A stretch of DNA of 64,000 bases from the human T2T-CHM13v2.0 reference genome, Homo sapiens. Shown here piece by piece: positions 25,752-41,059 of this stretch. Location of the stretch: the NCBI RefSeq assembly GCF_009914755.1, contig NC_060925.1, one strand, 5' to 3'. The notes beneath the pieces are model-generated. The model ran no database searches, was not told where the DNA came from, and saw nothing but the letters and a program-made list of their open reading frames with translations. The translations under genes and the position numbers were made by a program. Within the stretch, counting starts at the first letter, position 1, and every line of letters starts with the position of its first letter.

Positions 25752-26887
25752 CAGCATTTTCTTACTTTACTATTAGCAGACACAAAGAAGTATGGATTTT
25801 ATCATTTGGAAATATTTTTCCATTTTTTGAGGTAATACATTTTTTAAATGGTAGAATAACAGAAAAATAAGCATATATAATGACTTGTTCACATTATTTT
25901 ATGGTTCCAATAAATAATGGATTTATCATAAAGAAAAATCTATTGATAAAATTTTCTTTAATTACTTATCCTTTATAAATTTGTATTTTATTTCAGCCTT
26001 TTTTCCAACATTTATTGTACATTTTAAAACCAGTAATTGGTACTCTGAGATTCATAATAATTCTTCCATGTGATCTTTATTTATCACTTAGAAGTACCTT
26101 AAAGAAAAAAATATATCTAATTTATGAAAAAAATCATCATTATAATATTTAAGAGATATTTTCTCTATTTTGTTTCAAAAATGCAGCAGTCTGTCTATTG
26201 TACATATCAACTACCACTACTGTGTACAAATTAATAATGTACAAGCGTTGCTATTGGGTGATCTATATACCTATTCTCTACATTCAGTCTGGGTCTGTTA
26301 ATGTCAGTCAGTAAGTTACAGGCTATATACTTATACAATAAGACTGAGTTTTATTCATAAATATTTTTAGGAAAATAAGGATTCATATTTTATTATATGC
26401 CTCTCATATTAATTAATAAACTACTAAGTATTAAGTAAAATACATAGCCATAATTTGAGCCTGATTGCTGAATTTATTTTTATGAGGTTATTGCTATAAT
26501 TTCTAAAGGTTAAAGCAATATGACTAAATCAGTGTACTTATAATGTTTAACTTGACAAGTGATTACGCTATAAATTTTACAATAAAGTATAGCTAAGATG
26601 TTCCAAGGAAGATGGAAATTAGAGATAATAAAATATAATGTGAGAATAAAATTGACATGAATATTTTGAAAGATCATTACAGTATGACTTTGTTTCTTTA
26701 CTGTCTCTACCTGTCATGAGATAAGGTCCTGCATATTTAAAATTATTGAGGCAATTTAAATAATAAAATACAATCTTTTGAATATGTTATCAAAATATGC
26801 ATAAAACAAAAGGATGTGGCAACCTGTTGAGAAGGCAATTTTGAAGAAAATTTGCTTAAAATTATTGAAATTAGAAAGTAGAGCAGA

Positions 26888-29550
26888 GGAGAGGGACAAG
26901 ATGGCTAAGCAGAAGGCTTCACTGAACGTGGCCCCACTGAAAGGATACCAATTTAACAATTATCTAGACAAAGCAAGCACCTTAATAAGAACCAAAAATT
27001 ACATAAGCACTGATAGTACCTGGTTTTGACTTCATATCATGAAAAGAGGAACTAAAGATGGTAGGAAAGAGCCTTGAATCAGGGATGCCCTCCTCTCCCA
27101 TCTCCAACAGCAGCTGTGTGGCATTGAGAGAGAAAAACTGTGCACTTGGGAGAGGGAGAGCACAACAATTGTGAGACATTAGATTGAATTCAAGGATGTT
27201 CTGTCACAAATAAATCAAAACCAGCCTGAATTCAGCTGATGCCTGCCCACAGAGGGGAGCCCACTTCCCTGAAGGGTGAGTTGCAGGCCAGGTAGCATTT
27301 ATCACAAGCTGACTGACAAGCCCTTGGACCTAAAGGGAACATCAGCAGTAGCCTAACAATGCTCCCTGTGGGGCAGTGGTGATGGCCACTGGGTGAGGCT
27401 CCTCTGACTGCAGAAAAGGGAGGGAATAGTGGGAAAGATATCTCTCATAGTTTGAGTGCCAGCTCAGCCACAGTAAAATAGAATACCAGGTAGACTTCTA
27501 AGGTTTCCTATTCCAGTCCCTGGCTCAGAGTTGGCACCCCTGGACCCACTTGAGGTCTGGGGAAGCTTGACACCCTGAAAGGAAGAATACAAGTCTGGCT
27601 GGTTTCACCAACTGCTGATTATAGAGCCCCAGGCCCTTGAGCCAACATCAGCAGATGTCAGGGAGTGGTTACAGTGGGCCTTGGGCAAGACCCAGTGATG
27701 TGCTGACTTCAGATCTGAATCAGTACAGTCCTAGTGGTAGTGGCCACAGGGATGCTGGTGTCATCCCACCCCTAGCCCCAGGTACTTTACAACAGGGTGA
27801 GAGAGACTCCATTTGTTCAGGAGAAAGTAAGGGAAGAGAACAAGAATCTCTGCCTCGTAATCCACAGAATTCTTCTGGATCTTATCCAGGACCATAAAGG
27901 CAGTACCTCTATTAGTTTGCAAGTATCATAGTGTTACTGGGCTTCAGGTGGCCTATAATGCAGATACAGCTTAGATCACAACACTCAAGTTCTTTCAAAT
28001 ACCTGGAAAGCCTTCCCAAGAAAGACAAGTACAAGCAATTCCAGAATATGATGACTATAATAAATACCTAACTCTTCAATGCCAAGACACAGATGAACAT
28101 CCACCAGTATCAAGACCATCTAGGAAAACATGAGGCCACCAAGTGAACTAAATAAGGCACCAAAGACCAGTCCTGGAGAAACAGAGATATGTGACTTTTC
28201 AGACAGAGAAATCAAAATATCTGTTTTGAGGAAACCTAAAGAAATTTAAGATAACACAGAGAAGGAATTCAGAATCCTATCAGATAAATTTAAGAAAGAG
28301 AATGAAATCATTAAAAAGAATCAAGCAGAAATTCTCGAGTTGAAAAATGCAAATGACACATTGAAGAATGCAGCAGAGTCTTTTAATAGCAGAAATGATC
28401 AAGCTGAAGGAAAATTAATGAGCTTGAAGACAGGTTATTTTAAAACATACAGTCAGAGAAGAAAAAAGAACACAACACATTGAAGCACAACTGGAGGATC
28501 TAGAAAATAGCCACAGAAGGGCAAATCTAAGAGTTTTCGACTTAAAGAAGAGGTAGAGAAAGAGATAGGGGTAAAAGTTTATTCAAAGGCACGATAACAG
28601 AGAACTTCTCAAACCTAAAGAAAGATCCCAACATTCAACTGTGAGAAGATTATAAAACACCAAGCAGATTTAACTCAAATAAGACATTGAATAATTAAAC
28701 TCCCAAAGGTCAAGGACAAAGAACAGATTATAAAAGCAGCAGGAGCAAAGAAACAAATTAACATACAAGGGAGCTCCTTCGTGTCTAGGAGCAGACTTTT
28801 CAGTGGAAAACTTACAGGCCAGCAGAGACTGGCATGGCATGTGTAATGTGCTGAAGAAAAATAAGTAAAACCTTTTACCCTAGAATAGTATATCTAGCAA
28901 AAATATCCCTCAAACACAAAGGATAAATAAAAACTTTCACAGACACACTAAAGTTGAGAGATTTAATTGACACCAGTCCTGTTCTACAAGAAATGCTAAA
29001 GGAAGAACTTCAATCAAAAAGAAAATGATGTTAATAAGCAATAAGAAATCATATGAAGTTATAAAATTCACTGGTAATAGGAATTGCACAGAAAAACACA
29101 GTATTGTAACTGAGTAACTTTGGTGTGTGAACTACTGTTATCTTAAGTAGAAAGACTAAACAATGAACCAATCAAAAATAATAACTACAACAAATTTTCA
29201 AGACATGGACAGTACTATAAGATATAAAAAGAAACAACCAGAAGTTAAAAAAAGGAGGGGGAAAATTTTAAGATGTATATTTTTATTAGTTCTCTTTTTG
29301 CTGTCTTTTTTTTTGCTTATGATAACAATGTACAATTTTTGTGTTTCTCTTTGCTTGTTTGATCAGAGTTGTCATCAGTTTAAAATAATGAGTTAAAGAT
29401 GTTATTTGCAAGCCTCATGGTAACCTCATACTGAAAAACATACAACACACACACACACACACACACACGCACAGCACAAAATTATAACATAACACCAGAG
29501 AAAATAATCTTTACACAAATTCAGAAACTAAAGAAGAAAAAACCACAAAA
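26888..29550 (+). mobile_element. L1M1/L1MA-type 5' half: 5'UTR, degenerate ORF1 (~28130-29030) and spacer; ORF2 absent
   Basis: Starts gggacaagatggctaagcagaaggc. ORF1 motifs ccaagtgaactaaataaggcacca, gcagacttttcagtggaaa and ttttaccctagaatagtatatc. Confidence 0.88.
29444..29468. repeat. (CA)n microsatellite
   Basis: About 12 CA units. Confidence 0.9.
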
Positions 29551-31013
29551 TAACAATTTTATGGACAATAAACATATATGCTATGCCACATTGTTATTAG
29601 TCATTTTCTTGCCTGTCTCTCTTACCAAAATGTGAGGAGTTTATATCCCTATGTCTATTACAACATTAGAACATATTAAGTTTAAATTATATTTGAACAA
29701 GATATTCAGAGGCCATCTTTTATTTAATGATGAATGCTACATTTATGTATCCCATGGAAAGTCACATAAAATTGTGATGACTTACTTTTCTGTTTACAAC
29801 AATAGTAAATAAATACCTGGCCTTTAGTTCTTTTTAACCCTAAGACTTACATAATTCATACTCCTCTGCCTTTCAAAACTCATCATGTGCCCTGGTTTTT
29901 CACTTCAACCCATAGACCAACATGGTTCAGTGATCCGTGAACATTCCACAGTTTTACACAAGGTTGTGCCTTTACCACAAGTTGTTAGTTCTGCCTGGGT
30001 TACCTTTTCCCCCCTGTCTTCCTGGTGAGGTAAAACACCTTTCAAATATTTTCTCAGTATCAGGACTTTTTAGCAGAAAAAGCATTACTGCACAAACCAG
30101 TAATGCTTAAGGTCCATGTGACTTTTAAGGTGGCTTTTTAAAAATGACATTTGGCAAGAATGCTTTCATAATAAGAGAATAGAAATTGCTTTCCTGAGCT
30201 ACATGAGAGAAATGTATTTTCTTAAGATTTCTTTAGTAATAATTGGTAGGGCTTTTTAGTTTTCAAAGCCAAATGTTAACAAATTTCATTTGTTATACAT
30301 AAAGTAAAAAGCCAATCTGGGGAACTTAGGATTTACCATGTGAAATGCAAAAGGACAACATGAGGTGACTAATAAATGAAATTCATATATAGAGGATAGA
30401 AAACTGTGATATAGAAAGAGTCTTGAAAACATTGTAAAATGTTGGATGGTATGTTAAATGAATACTATTGCTTTTGTTTGAGTAAGAAAATTACATGAAG
30501 AAACCTTATAAGATTAATTTGATATTTACATGCAGGATAAATTAAAGAGGAAAGCTTAGAAAGAATTAGAAAGCTTCCAAGCTATTTAAAATTAATGATT
30601 TCTCAGGCCTTAATGAAAAGCAGAAATAGAATGTGTGTATTTCTATGTATGTTGTGAGAAAATAGAGCTAGCAGATATAATAGACAACTTGAGGGAAGAA
30701 TTAGCAAGATATGACAAGCAATTGAAGGTATCAGTGGGGAAATTCAGAAAAAATATGTTTGATCTTGGTTAATGGCTAAGTACATAAATCAGATATTCAG
30801 GGAAGACAGTCCATTTCACAGGAAGAGTGAGTTTGGTTTCAAACGTATTGAATTTTGTCTGATCCTCATATCTCAAAGTGAAACTGATTAACAATCAAAA
30901 GAGATTAGTGGTATGACATGCAGATTGAGATAGCAATAAGTTCAAGAGAATAACTGGGGACTCTCAAGACACCCCATGCAATTCTAAATAAAATTTAAGA
31001 TGATTGTAAAAGA

Positions 31014-31045
31014 ATTTCACAGATGTTCAGATTTCACAGATGTTC
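31014..31045. repeat. 17-bp tandem duplication
   Basis: atttcacagatgttcag / atttcacagatgttc. Confidence 0.85.
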
Positions 31046-32472
31046 TTCCCTTGAAACTGATTTGTACATTCACTGATTTAGTCACGTTACATATTGACAT
31101 ACTTAATATATAAACAGCATTCCAACAAGATTTCAAAGATCTTTTTCTAAAACTCCCTACAAATAATTTTTGGAATGCAGTTAGAGCCTACACGTTTCAA
31201 TTTAGCAGTATGAAGCCAGAAATATGTAAATGTCTTCAGTTTAAATTAGCTATAGGATGTCAGTACTGGGCACATGATCAAATTCTTTCTAAAGTAGCAT
31301 AACCTTACATTAAATTTTTCACACACTAAATTTATGTCTAAGACCAACTTTACATACTTGTGTAAAATGAAACATCTATGTTTTATAGTTTTCTGTTTAC
31401 CTTTTATTACTCCAAATTTCTTTACAGTTTAAATAATTATCTTTCTCCAGGCTGGATAAATATATTCAGAATTCAAATCTCATTTTCATGAGTTATTAAT
31501 ATTAATTTATTTTGTGTATATAAAATGCTTACTTCAGGTTTGCACTTTAACCAATATAATAAATTACAGATATTAGTTTTCTTATGCATAGATATCTAAA
31601 ATTCTTAAGATGTTAAATTTTTTAAGTATAATGTTTATATTTAGCCAAAAAGAGGCATATGAATTATACTAAAAACAAGTATAACACTAATTAAATTTAA
31701 ATATACTTCATCTACATGGAATTGCAGTAGACTTTAAAGATTTCCAAAAGCTCATACTGATGCCATTTTTATATTTAGCTTATATTAACAAAAACTTAAT
31801 CACAGCAATACAAATAAAATATTGCTACACACAAAATACTCAGATTAATATTATATTTAAAAACTTTCTGAACATAATAAAATAGAAGAATATGATTCTA
31901 ATTATTAAAGTAAAACATTAATAAAATGGGAGAAAAAATATGAAAATATAGAGAAATATATTATTAAAATTATCTTAAAACCTTTTAGAGAAGAGGACTT
32001 ATGCAAATATGTAAATAAGAGGGTAAGAGGAAACATTTCAGTAAAAGGCAGAAATCATTTTACCTTATTTAAATGAGTTAACATTGCATATTAGCCAATT
32101 AACCATTTTTCTTGGTTTATTTACACCATTGTTTTATTTATTTAATTATGAAATGTCCAATCCACTGAGTTTATGGTTTTGTTTTTATAATCAGCAAATA
32201 TTGATTGAATACCAGAATAAACTTAGCCATGTGACAGGTGACACTGGGAGACAAATAAGGATAAACTCTTTGGATTTTTAGAATTTAATCTGGGAGAAAA
32301 GTTACAGATATAAGGGAAAATTAGTGAGAATAAAACTTTTTTATGTTCATATGTATTTTATCTAACGATGTGTTTTAGGAAGAAAACAACTCTTGGACTA
32401 GATGAAGATATATACATACAATAAGTGAAAGTGTAATTACATCCAACTATTTATGCTTGGCACTGAAGTTTC

Positions 32473-32965
32473 TGTATTAGTTTTCTAAACTGCATAAAAA
32501 ATGACCACAAATTTAGTGGCTTTACAAAACATACATTTATTATCTCATTGTTTCCCTGGATCAAGGGTCCAGACACAGCCTATGTGATTTCTTTTCTTCA
32601 CAAGGCTTAAACCAAGATGTTGACTATTGTGTTCTCACCTGGAGCTTGGGGCCATCTACTGATTTTTACTCAGGTAATTGGCAGAATTCAGTTCCTTTTG
32701 GTGATAAGACTGAGCTTTCAGGTCCCAGAGGAAAGCCCTCCGTAGTAATTTACCATATCACTTTTTCCAAGCCAACAGCATAGCATCTTTACAGTTTCAA
32801 GTTTCCTGTTTCAGAGAATTCCTGCATATTAACCAGGATAATTTCCCTTTTATTGGCTGAAAATCAACTAATTAGAAGTCTTAATTATATCAACAAAATC
32901 CTTATAGTTTTGCCATTTTCTTTTGGTTAGGAGCAAGTTACTTGCTTTATCCAACACTGAAGGGA
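32473..32965 (-). mobile_element. MLT1 (D-G-like) MaLR LTR
   Basis: tgtattagttttcta...accacaaatttagtggctt...ggcagaattcagttcctt. Confidence 0.75.
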
Positions 32966-33039
32966 AATAGTCAAATTGTAAAAAAAAGATAAAAATACTG
33001 AAAACAACCAGAAAAAAACAAAAAGTTTCTACAGGTGAA

Positions 33040-33240
33040 TAATAAATAATTTATAGTATTGTAATAGATTATTGGAAACTGGGATTTAAAGTGAAAAGAC
33101 ATATTGTATGCAGTAGGAAATTAACTCTTGTTTTATCAATTAGCCTATGGTAAAATTTGTTTTATTATACAGTACCTCATTTCACTTTCAGTTGCAGTTT
33201 CCAAGCACCTATCTATGATGTTAAGTGAGGATTTATTGTA
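33040..33240. mobile_element. TcMar-Tigger MITE (MER82-like) with long inverted termini
   Basis: ttggaaactgggatttaaagtgaaa pairs with tttcactttcagttgcagtttccaa. Right end gatgttaagtgaggatttattg-ta. Confidence 0.6.
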
Positions 33241-33350
33241 TTTGTGCATCTCATGCAACATTTAGGACATACTTATATTTTAAAAAAATCTTTCTATGAC
33301 TATAATATATAATTTAACTGGAAGTCTTGTATATCTTCTGGCAACCCTAC
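33241..33350. mobile_element. MER53-like DNA transposon fragment
   Basis: atgcaacatttaggacatacttat...aatttaactggaagtcttgtat...ctggcaacccta. Confidence 0.6.
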
Positions 33351-34399
33351 AAATATAGACTGTCTTGTTCATAGGGCTGGGAGATCTGATTATAAAAACT
33401 TAAACTTGCAAGAGACTTTAGAGAAATTAAAGTCTTCGGGAGATCAGAGAGTCTCTTCCCATCGAGCAGAATTTCATATGACTTGGTGATTTATTGTATC
33501 TCATAAATAAAATAATACTACATAAGAAAGTTATTTGGGGGAAGTGTGTTCATATTCTACCAGACAATGTGCTATTTCTGCCATAGTCTACTGAATGGTG
33601 AGAACAGGAGTGGCCTACTGTACATATGTGTTTCTTCTATGATAATCTTCTAGCTGCATGTGTTAAGTAATTCTATTCTGGCTTGCATAATTTTCATCAT
33701 TTGGTGAATAAATAAAAGATATCAGGTTTCTCCTTGAAAGATGATGTTGTTACATATCTCTCAGAAACGTGGAGGAAGGAAGAGTCGTGGTTAATACAAC
33801 AAATTGCTTTCTCTCTTGCTCCATGTCTCTTGAGACTTTTTAATCTTCTTTAGTGTACCTACACACCAACTTCCTACTCTACCAATTAACCATTCATTAC
33901 CTAATTATTTCCTCCAGCTGAGCACTCTACTTATTTAGAATAATTTCTCCCTTGTTATCATTTCAGCAACCGTGTTATTTGTACTCTTTAGTAAGCGATT
34001 TCTAGTAATTTGAATAGCATTCAAATAATTCAGCTAATTTATAGAAGGCATTTCTCAGTTTTCCTTAGCCTTCTGCTATTAAAATAGGTATGTTGTAATT
34101 TTTACTGCCATTTTAGAATTATCGGTCTCTCTTTGAATTTTACAAAATTGTCCAAGGCAGAATTATAAAAAACAATCCAGGATATTACACATATAGTGAA
34201 ATATGTCATCATTTATCACAAATAATTTATGGAATAAATACCCCGTGAATATAATATTATAAGTATTTAGATAAAGTAAGCAAATACATACCCATTATAA
34301 GGGTTTCTTATAAAAGTGTACATTAAATAGCTGTAATGAAGTATTAGCATTGGGTTAGCCCTGCCACTGTCAAGAACTATAAGACAGAAAAACTGTTTT

Positions 34400-36065
34400 C
34401 AAGCAATGGGCAACAGACAACGTAAGGCTGTGTTCTCTGTATAGGGGGAAACTCGAGTTTAACCATACAGATTCCCAGCTTCACATCTGTGGATAGTTTT
34501 CCAACCAATGCCAAGTCAGTCCAGCAGAATATGCATTTCCACAAAGGCTGAAGAGCAAATGGTGAGTTGGGGCAGCTGAAGTGACTGGAATCTGTGGGAT
34601 GAAGCATTAGAGAGAATGGAGCTGTGCAGCGAGGGAGCTCCATGGGTCAAGGTGAAACTCCTGCCAGTGCATGAGGACTGAGATATATATGCAAAAAGTC
34701 AGACCGTTTGGGTCTTTCCAAATCTAGCATCTGAAGGAGTGTGTAGTAATGGAGCAGGGCTGATCATGGGGAAAAGCAGAAAAAGCACTATCTGGGGACT
34801 TCTGGCTCCACCACTGGAGAGATATCTTTAACAAGTAGCTGAGATGTTAAACAGCCCTAGGAATAGAAACCACATCCTAACAAAGCTGAAACTTAAGTCC
34901 TGACCAAATCCTAAGGGAATGTAGAGTGTGGAATTCTAATAGTGCCAATTTTGTGGGATTCAGAAACGCCTTAGTCTTTCCTTTGGTTTACACTAACAAA
35001 GTGTAAAAGCAAGCCTAAGAAAATTCAAGGAGATCCACCAGCAACTAAATTTCCAGTTACAATAAAAACCTCAAGTGAAAAATAACATAATTCTGCATTT
35101 CTACAAGATATTATCTGTAATGTCCAGTAGTCAATAAAAAAATTAACTGTCATTCACAAGAGTGCCAAGAAGATTAAATGGGGAAAGAACAGTCTTTTCA
35201 ACAAATGATACGGGGACCACTGGATAGAAACACACAAAAAAGATGAAGTAGGTCTTCTACTTCATATTAAGGCAAAAATTAACTCAAAATAATACAAAGC
35301 CCTAAATATAAGCTAAAAAAATATAATTCATGAAAAAACACAGGTATAAGTATTTTGAGCATGGAAGAAGCAATGATTTCTTAACTCTGACACCAAAAGT
35401 GTTAAAATTTTAAAAAATTAAATTGCCTGGACTTCATCAAAGTTAAACAACTCTGTTCTTCAAAGAACATCATCAAGAAAGTAAAAAGGCAACCTACGGA
35501 ATTGGAGAAAATATTTGTAAATCATATTTCTGATAAGAGATGAGTATCCAGAATATATAAAGAACTCTTACAGCTCAATAATATCAAGATAAAATACCCA
35601 ATAAAAATGAACAAATAATCTGCATAGACATTCTCCAAAAAAAGATATACAAACGGCGATATGCACATACAAAGATACTCAACATTATTAGCCATCAGGG
35701 AAATGTTAACCCAAACCACAGTGATGTGCAACTGTATATACACTAGGATGTCTACGACAAAACAGAAAGAAAACAAGTGATGATATGGAGAAAATAGAGT
35801 CCTCATACCTTACCTGTGAAGATGTAAAATAATGCAGACAGTTTCTACAACAGTTTGGAAGTTCCTCATAAAGTTAAACATAGAGTTACCATACTAGTAA
35901 TTTTACTCCTAGGTATTTATCCAAAAGAAATGAAAACACATGTTACACTTAAATATGTGCATGAATGTTCATGAAAATATTATTTGTGATAGCTATAAAG
36001 TGGAAAAAACTCAAATATCCATGAACCAACCAATGAAGAAAAGGTAGCTTATCCATGCAACTGAT
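34400..36065 (+). mobile_element. Old L1M (MB/MC-like): probable 5' region fragment joined to ORF2 3' part (35150-36065)
   Basis: aatggggaaagaacagtcttttcaacaaatg; gatactcaacattattagccatcagggaaatg; ctcctaggtatttatccaaaagaaatgaaaaca. The part before 35150 is less certain. Confidence 0.75.
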
Positions 36066-37427
36066 GCATGATAAGTTCAGTAAACTTTCTAATATTTCCT
36101 CTGTGATTTTTTTTCTTTATAGCCTGGTACTCACCCATTTCTCTTATTTGGCCTAATTTTAGTCAGTAACATTAAACAAGTTTTTAATTAAAAAAATAAG
36201 GACTAGATATCTGATTATGTTGTATTTATGATGCATAAAATTTGAAAATGTAACTTTTTAACTCTACTATATTATGTTTACTTTATAATATAATATAGGA
36301 AATAGCAGAAAGTATATCATGTATTATTATATTAACTTTAATTACACATTCCTTAAATTTTCATGGTTTTCTAAGGTTCCTTTTCCCCTTTGGTCATTCG
36401 AAAATATTATACATTTGAAAAAAAAGTTTTTCATGTCAAAATTCTCTTTCTCCATGTGATTAGATATTTCCTTGGTCTAATAGAAGTTCAAAACATTTTT
36501 CTAAATTTAGTAATTCCTTTTAATATTTATTTGATCATTTTTATATTACTGTATTAACATAGATTTTTATAAATGGCAGATGTAAGAATAAACTTGTTCA
36601 TATTTTAAAACAATGCCTAAATTGAATCTGTTGACACAATTAGCAAACAGATGGCAAAGTAAACTGCTTACATTTCAGTAAAATGCTTTCATCTTTCCAG
36701 ATTTCAGCAATGACATATAGCTTCAAGACACATCAAGTTAAAATGATTACATTTGAGTGAAAAAGGAATGAATGGCTGAGGGCATCAATATTATAGTACA
36801 AATCATTCACATCTAGCTTGTTTAAACTTATACCAACTAATTAGTAGTTTTTGTTACTAATCCATAGCCATCTGGTTTTATCAGATATCTATTAACATAT
36901 CCAAAATATTTGTTGAGTTTTTATGATTATATGAAATAATAAAATTTAAGAATAAAACACAGTCCTTACTCTAAAGATATTCACATTTAGTCTGGGAAGT
37001 ATATATTTAAATGTCATTAAAATATGATAAATGCTATAATAGGGTCAGATGATGTCGGCCCAAATATATTGTTTCAAATACTTATAATAATTTGCACAAC
37101 TCAATCTAAGAATGGTTGAGAACTGTAGAGATGGCATTAGCTTATTGATTTTAAGTTGTCCAAAGGAGTTTAGAAACTTCTGTTGATACATAATTATGTA
37201 GAACATACACCTCCAGGGGTACATTGACCTAAGTGTATATAAACATGAATCACAAATAAAAATAATATACAACAGTAACTCCAACTGTCTATGATAAAAT
37301 TTGCAACTAAAAATCTGTTTTTTTTTTTGCATATCTCAAAAAGACACCTGTCTTTTACAATGTGTAAGAGAAAACTATTAGATACTAACCATCTTGAAGG
37401 TAAAAATCACACCTAAATATTCTACAT

Positions 37428-37596
37428 CAGGGGCCAATGAAGTTCTAAAGGGTCTGATAGTAAATATTTTTGGCTTTGTGGACCGTGAAGTCTCCGTTGT
37501 GACTACTCATTCCTCCTGCTGAGTGAAAACAGCCAAAGACAAACTGAATAAATGGGTGTGGCTGGATTCATTCCATGGATAGAATTTCCTACCTCT
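37428..37596. mobile_element. MER58A hAT MITE
   Basis: aagggtctgatagtaaatatttttggctttgtggacc...aacagccaaagacaa...aatgggtgtggctg. Confidence 0.8.
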
Positions 37597-38939
37597 GTTT
37601 TTGTGTTTTCACAATTTGCTAATTGTGTGCACTTTGCTAAGTGTGATACACTGCAATGCTATCTCACCTAATATTAGATTTTTATAACGATGACTTTAGT
37701 TAAGTCAAATGGACACTATCGATCATTAGATTTTCTTTTTCGTTAGGTTTTTCTGTTAATCATTAGGATTTTAAAATAGAAACTAGAAGGAGGACAAAAA
37801 CCAAGAAACAAGGTAAGGTTCTTTTAGAACAGCCTATCCCAAACTGTGTCCCATGATCACTGGTTCTGTTAAATGTCATTACATGTTAGGTAAAAAATTC
37901 CTCAATGTTAAAATCAATTTTTAAAAAATTTTCTTAAACAAAGTTTAATTATTTTTGTACTACAACAGCCATCCAAGTAAAGTTACACAACTAGAATTAT
38001 ATGTATATACATAGTGTGAGGCTGCCTTATGTCACTTAGTTTATGAAGCTCACTGATTCTTTTATATACTCCCATAATCATTTGAAATATTAAAATGAAG
38101 CACAACCAAATACCAACAAAAGTATGGTTATTTCTAAAATTATATGCACATGAAAAACATAATTTGACTAACAACCACAATATTAATTTTGTTAATTTTT
38201 GTTCTCTCAACAATTTAGCCATTTTAACTGGTATTTGGCTTTGGGGGATTAGACTAGTATGCCATCTTCAATATATTGGAAAGAAAAATGTACAAATTCT
38301 TAGTGTTTACATTAAAACACAAACAACTACCTTTAAAATATTCTAAAACAGTTTACAGGAAGAATTCTGGAATATATTTTATAAAAAGCATTAAGATCTA
38401 TAATAATTAAGAAAAAATGAACCTTCTGTTTATTTTTACTTATAACTTCGGATAGTTAGCAAATTTGTAGCGAAGACTTTTGAGTGTTCATATATGTACT
38501 AAAAACACACTGAATATTCAAAGATAAGTAAAAGAGATATGTAAATTTAAACAGGATTGGAAACAACAGAACTAGGAAATATAAAGAGGAAATGTCTCTA
38601 TGGAGTTCTTTTTTGCTTGTTGGGAGTCACAGGTTAACCCCGAGTGTGTAACAGACGTGGCTATGTAATGTGCTTTTGCAGAATCCTCCTTTCCAAGGGA
38701 GTGAGAGTCAGTTTCATTATCTTCCTCAATATTCAGCTGAATTTTTTTGAGCATTAAAAGGAGTTACTTTCACATTTCTACATTGTAATATATGTTCCAA
38801 CATGATGAGAAAAAAATGAGTTGAGAAATAAGAAAATAAGACATGAACATTTAATGTGAAGGACTTGAGAAAAGACAAATAAAACCTAATGATGCACTGT
38901 AATGAAGATCTCTGTGTGATATATTTTACCATAACAGAA

Positions 38940-39960
<1,021 letters not shown>

Positions 39961-40537
39961 AGGATTTTTAAAAATTATTATGGAAACTTCTAAAGAGATA
40001 GAATAATAAGACAAATAAAATAATAAACTTCTATGTTCCCATCACATTGTCATCCAAAATTAGCAGGATTGCAAAATGGTGACTCTCTAATTCTTCCATT
40101 TCTTATTTATTCATTAGTTGGAATATTCTACAAAATAAAATTTTAACTTAATTTTATATAGGTTCTTATATGATCAAATGGATATAATAGAATTTATTGT
40201 AATACAATATAATACATTGGAAAACCACTTGAATATATCTTACCCTTATTTATTCATTTAAAAACTTACAATAGTAAATATCACAGACACGATCTGTACA
40301 TTAACTGGGATTCTGTTATGACCCTAAACCTACCCTTACTGAGAAAATATCATCTTGAGAAAATGTACTTAATGGAGTGTGACATCTTCCGCAGATTGGC
40401 TAGCAAGAAAAGAAAAAAAGATTGAGGATCACTGATACAGCATAACATCCTCCATCACAACATGAAAACGAAAACCCAGAAGCAACACCAGCTTCTAGAG
40501 CTACTTTATAAGTCTGCATTTAGAAGCTGAGTTTCTA

Positions 40538-40851
<314 letters not shown>

Positions 40852-41059
40852 CTAGCCTCCAATAGTATGCTCTTTAGTTTATAATGTGTGAAAACTGCTT
40901 TTTTTAACGTGGCCTATACTTTTCTTAATGCTTCTAGGAGAATACTTGGCAAAAAGAAGAGATTGGTAAATGTACCAAGGATACCATAACAAATCAATTG
41001 GTAAAGATGAGATAAATTTGTTATACCCTCTTTCTCTACACCTATTCTGAAATTTGTTT

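Noticed and set aside
24156-25870. Cluster of 100-126 aa ORFs
   Set aside because: All lie in the THE1/MST internal region or LTR and are typical MaLR-derived remnant or spurious frames.
37747-37812. Possible 66-nt exon (polypyrimidine-TAG acceptor, AAG|GTAAGG donor)
   Set aside because: No partner exons or coding signal, a stop in the frame I checked, and such pairs arise often by chance. Not supportable without transcript data.
38572-38754. 60-aa ORF with protein-like composition in non-repeat DNA
   Set aside because: No recognisable domain and its length is within chance expectation.
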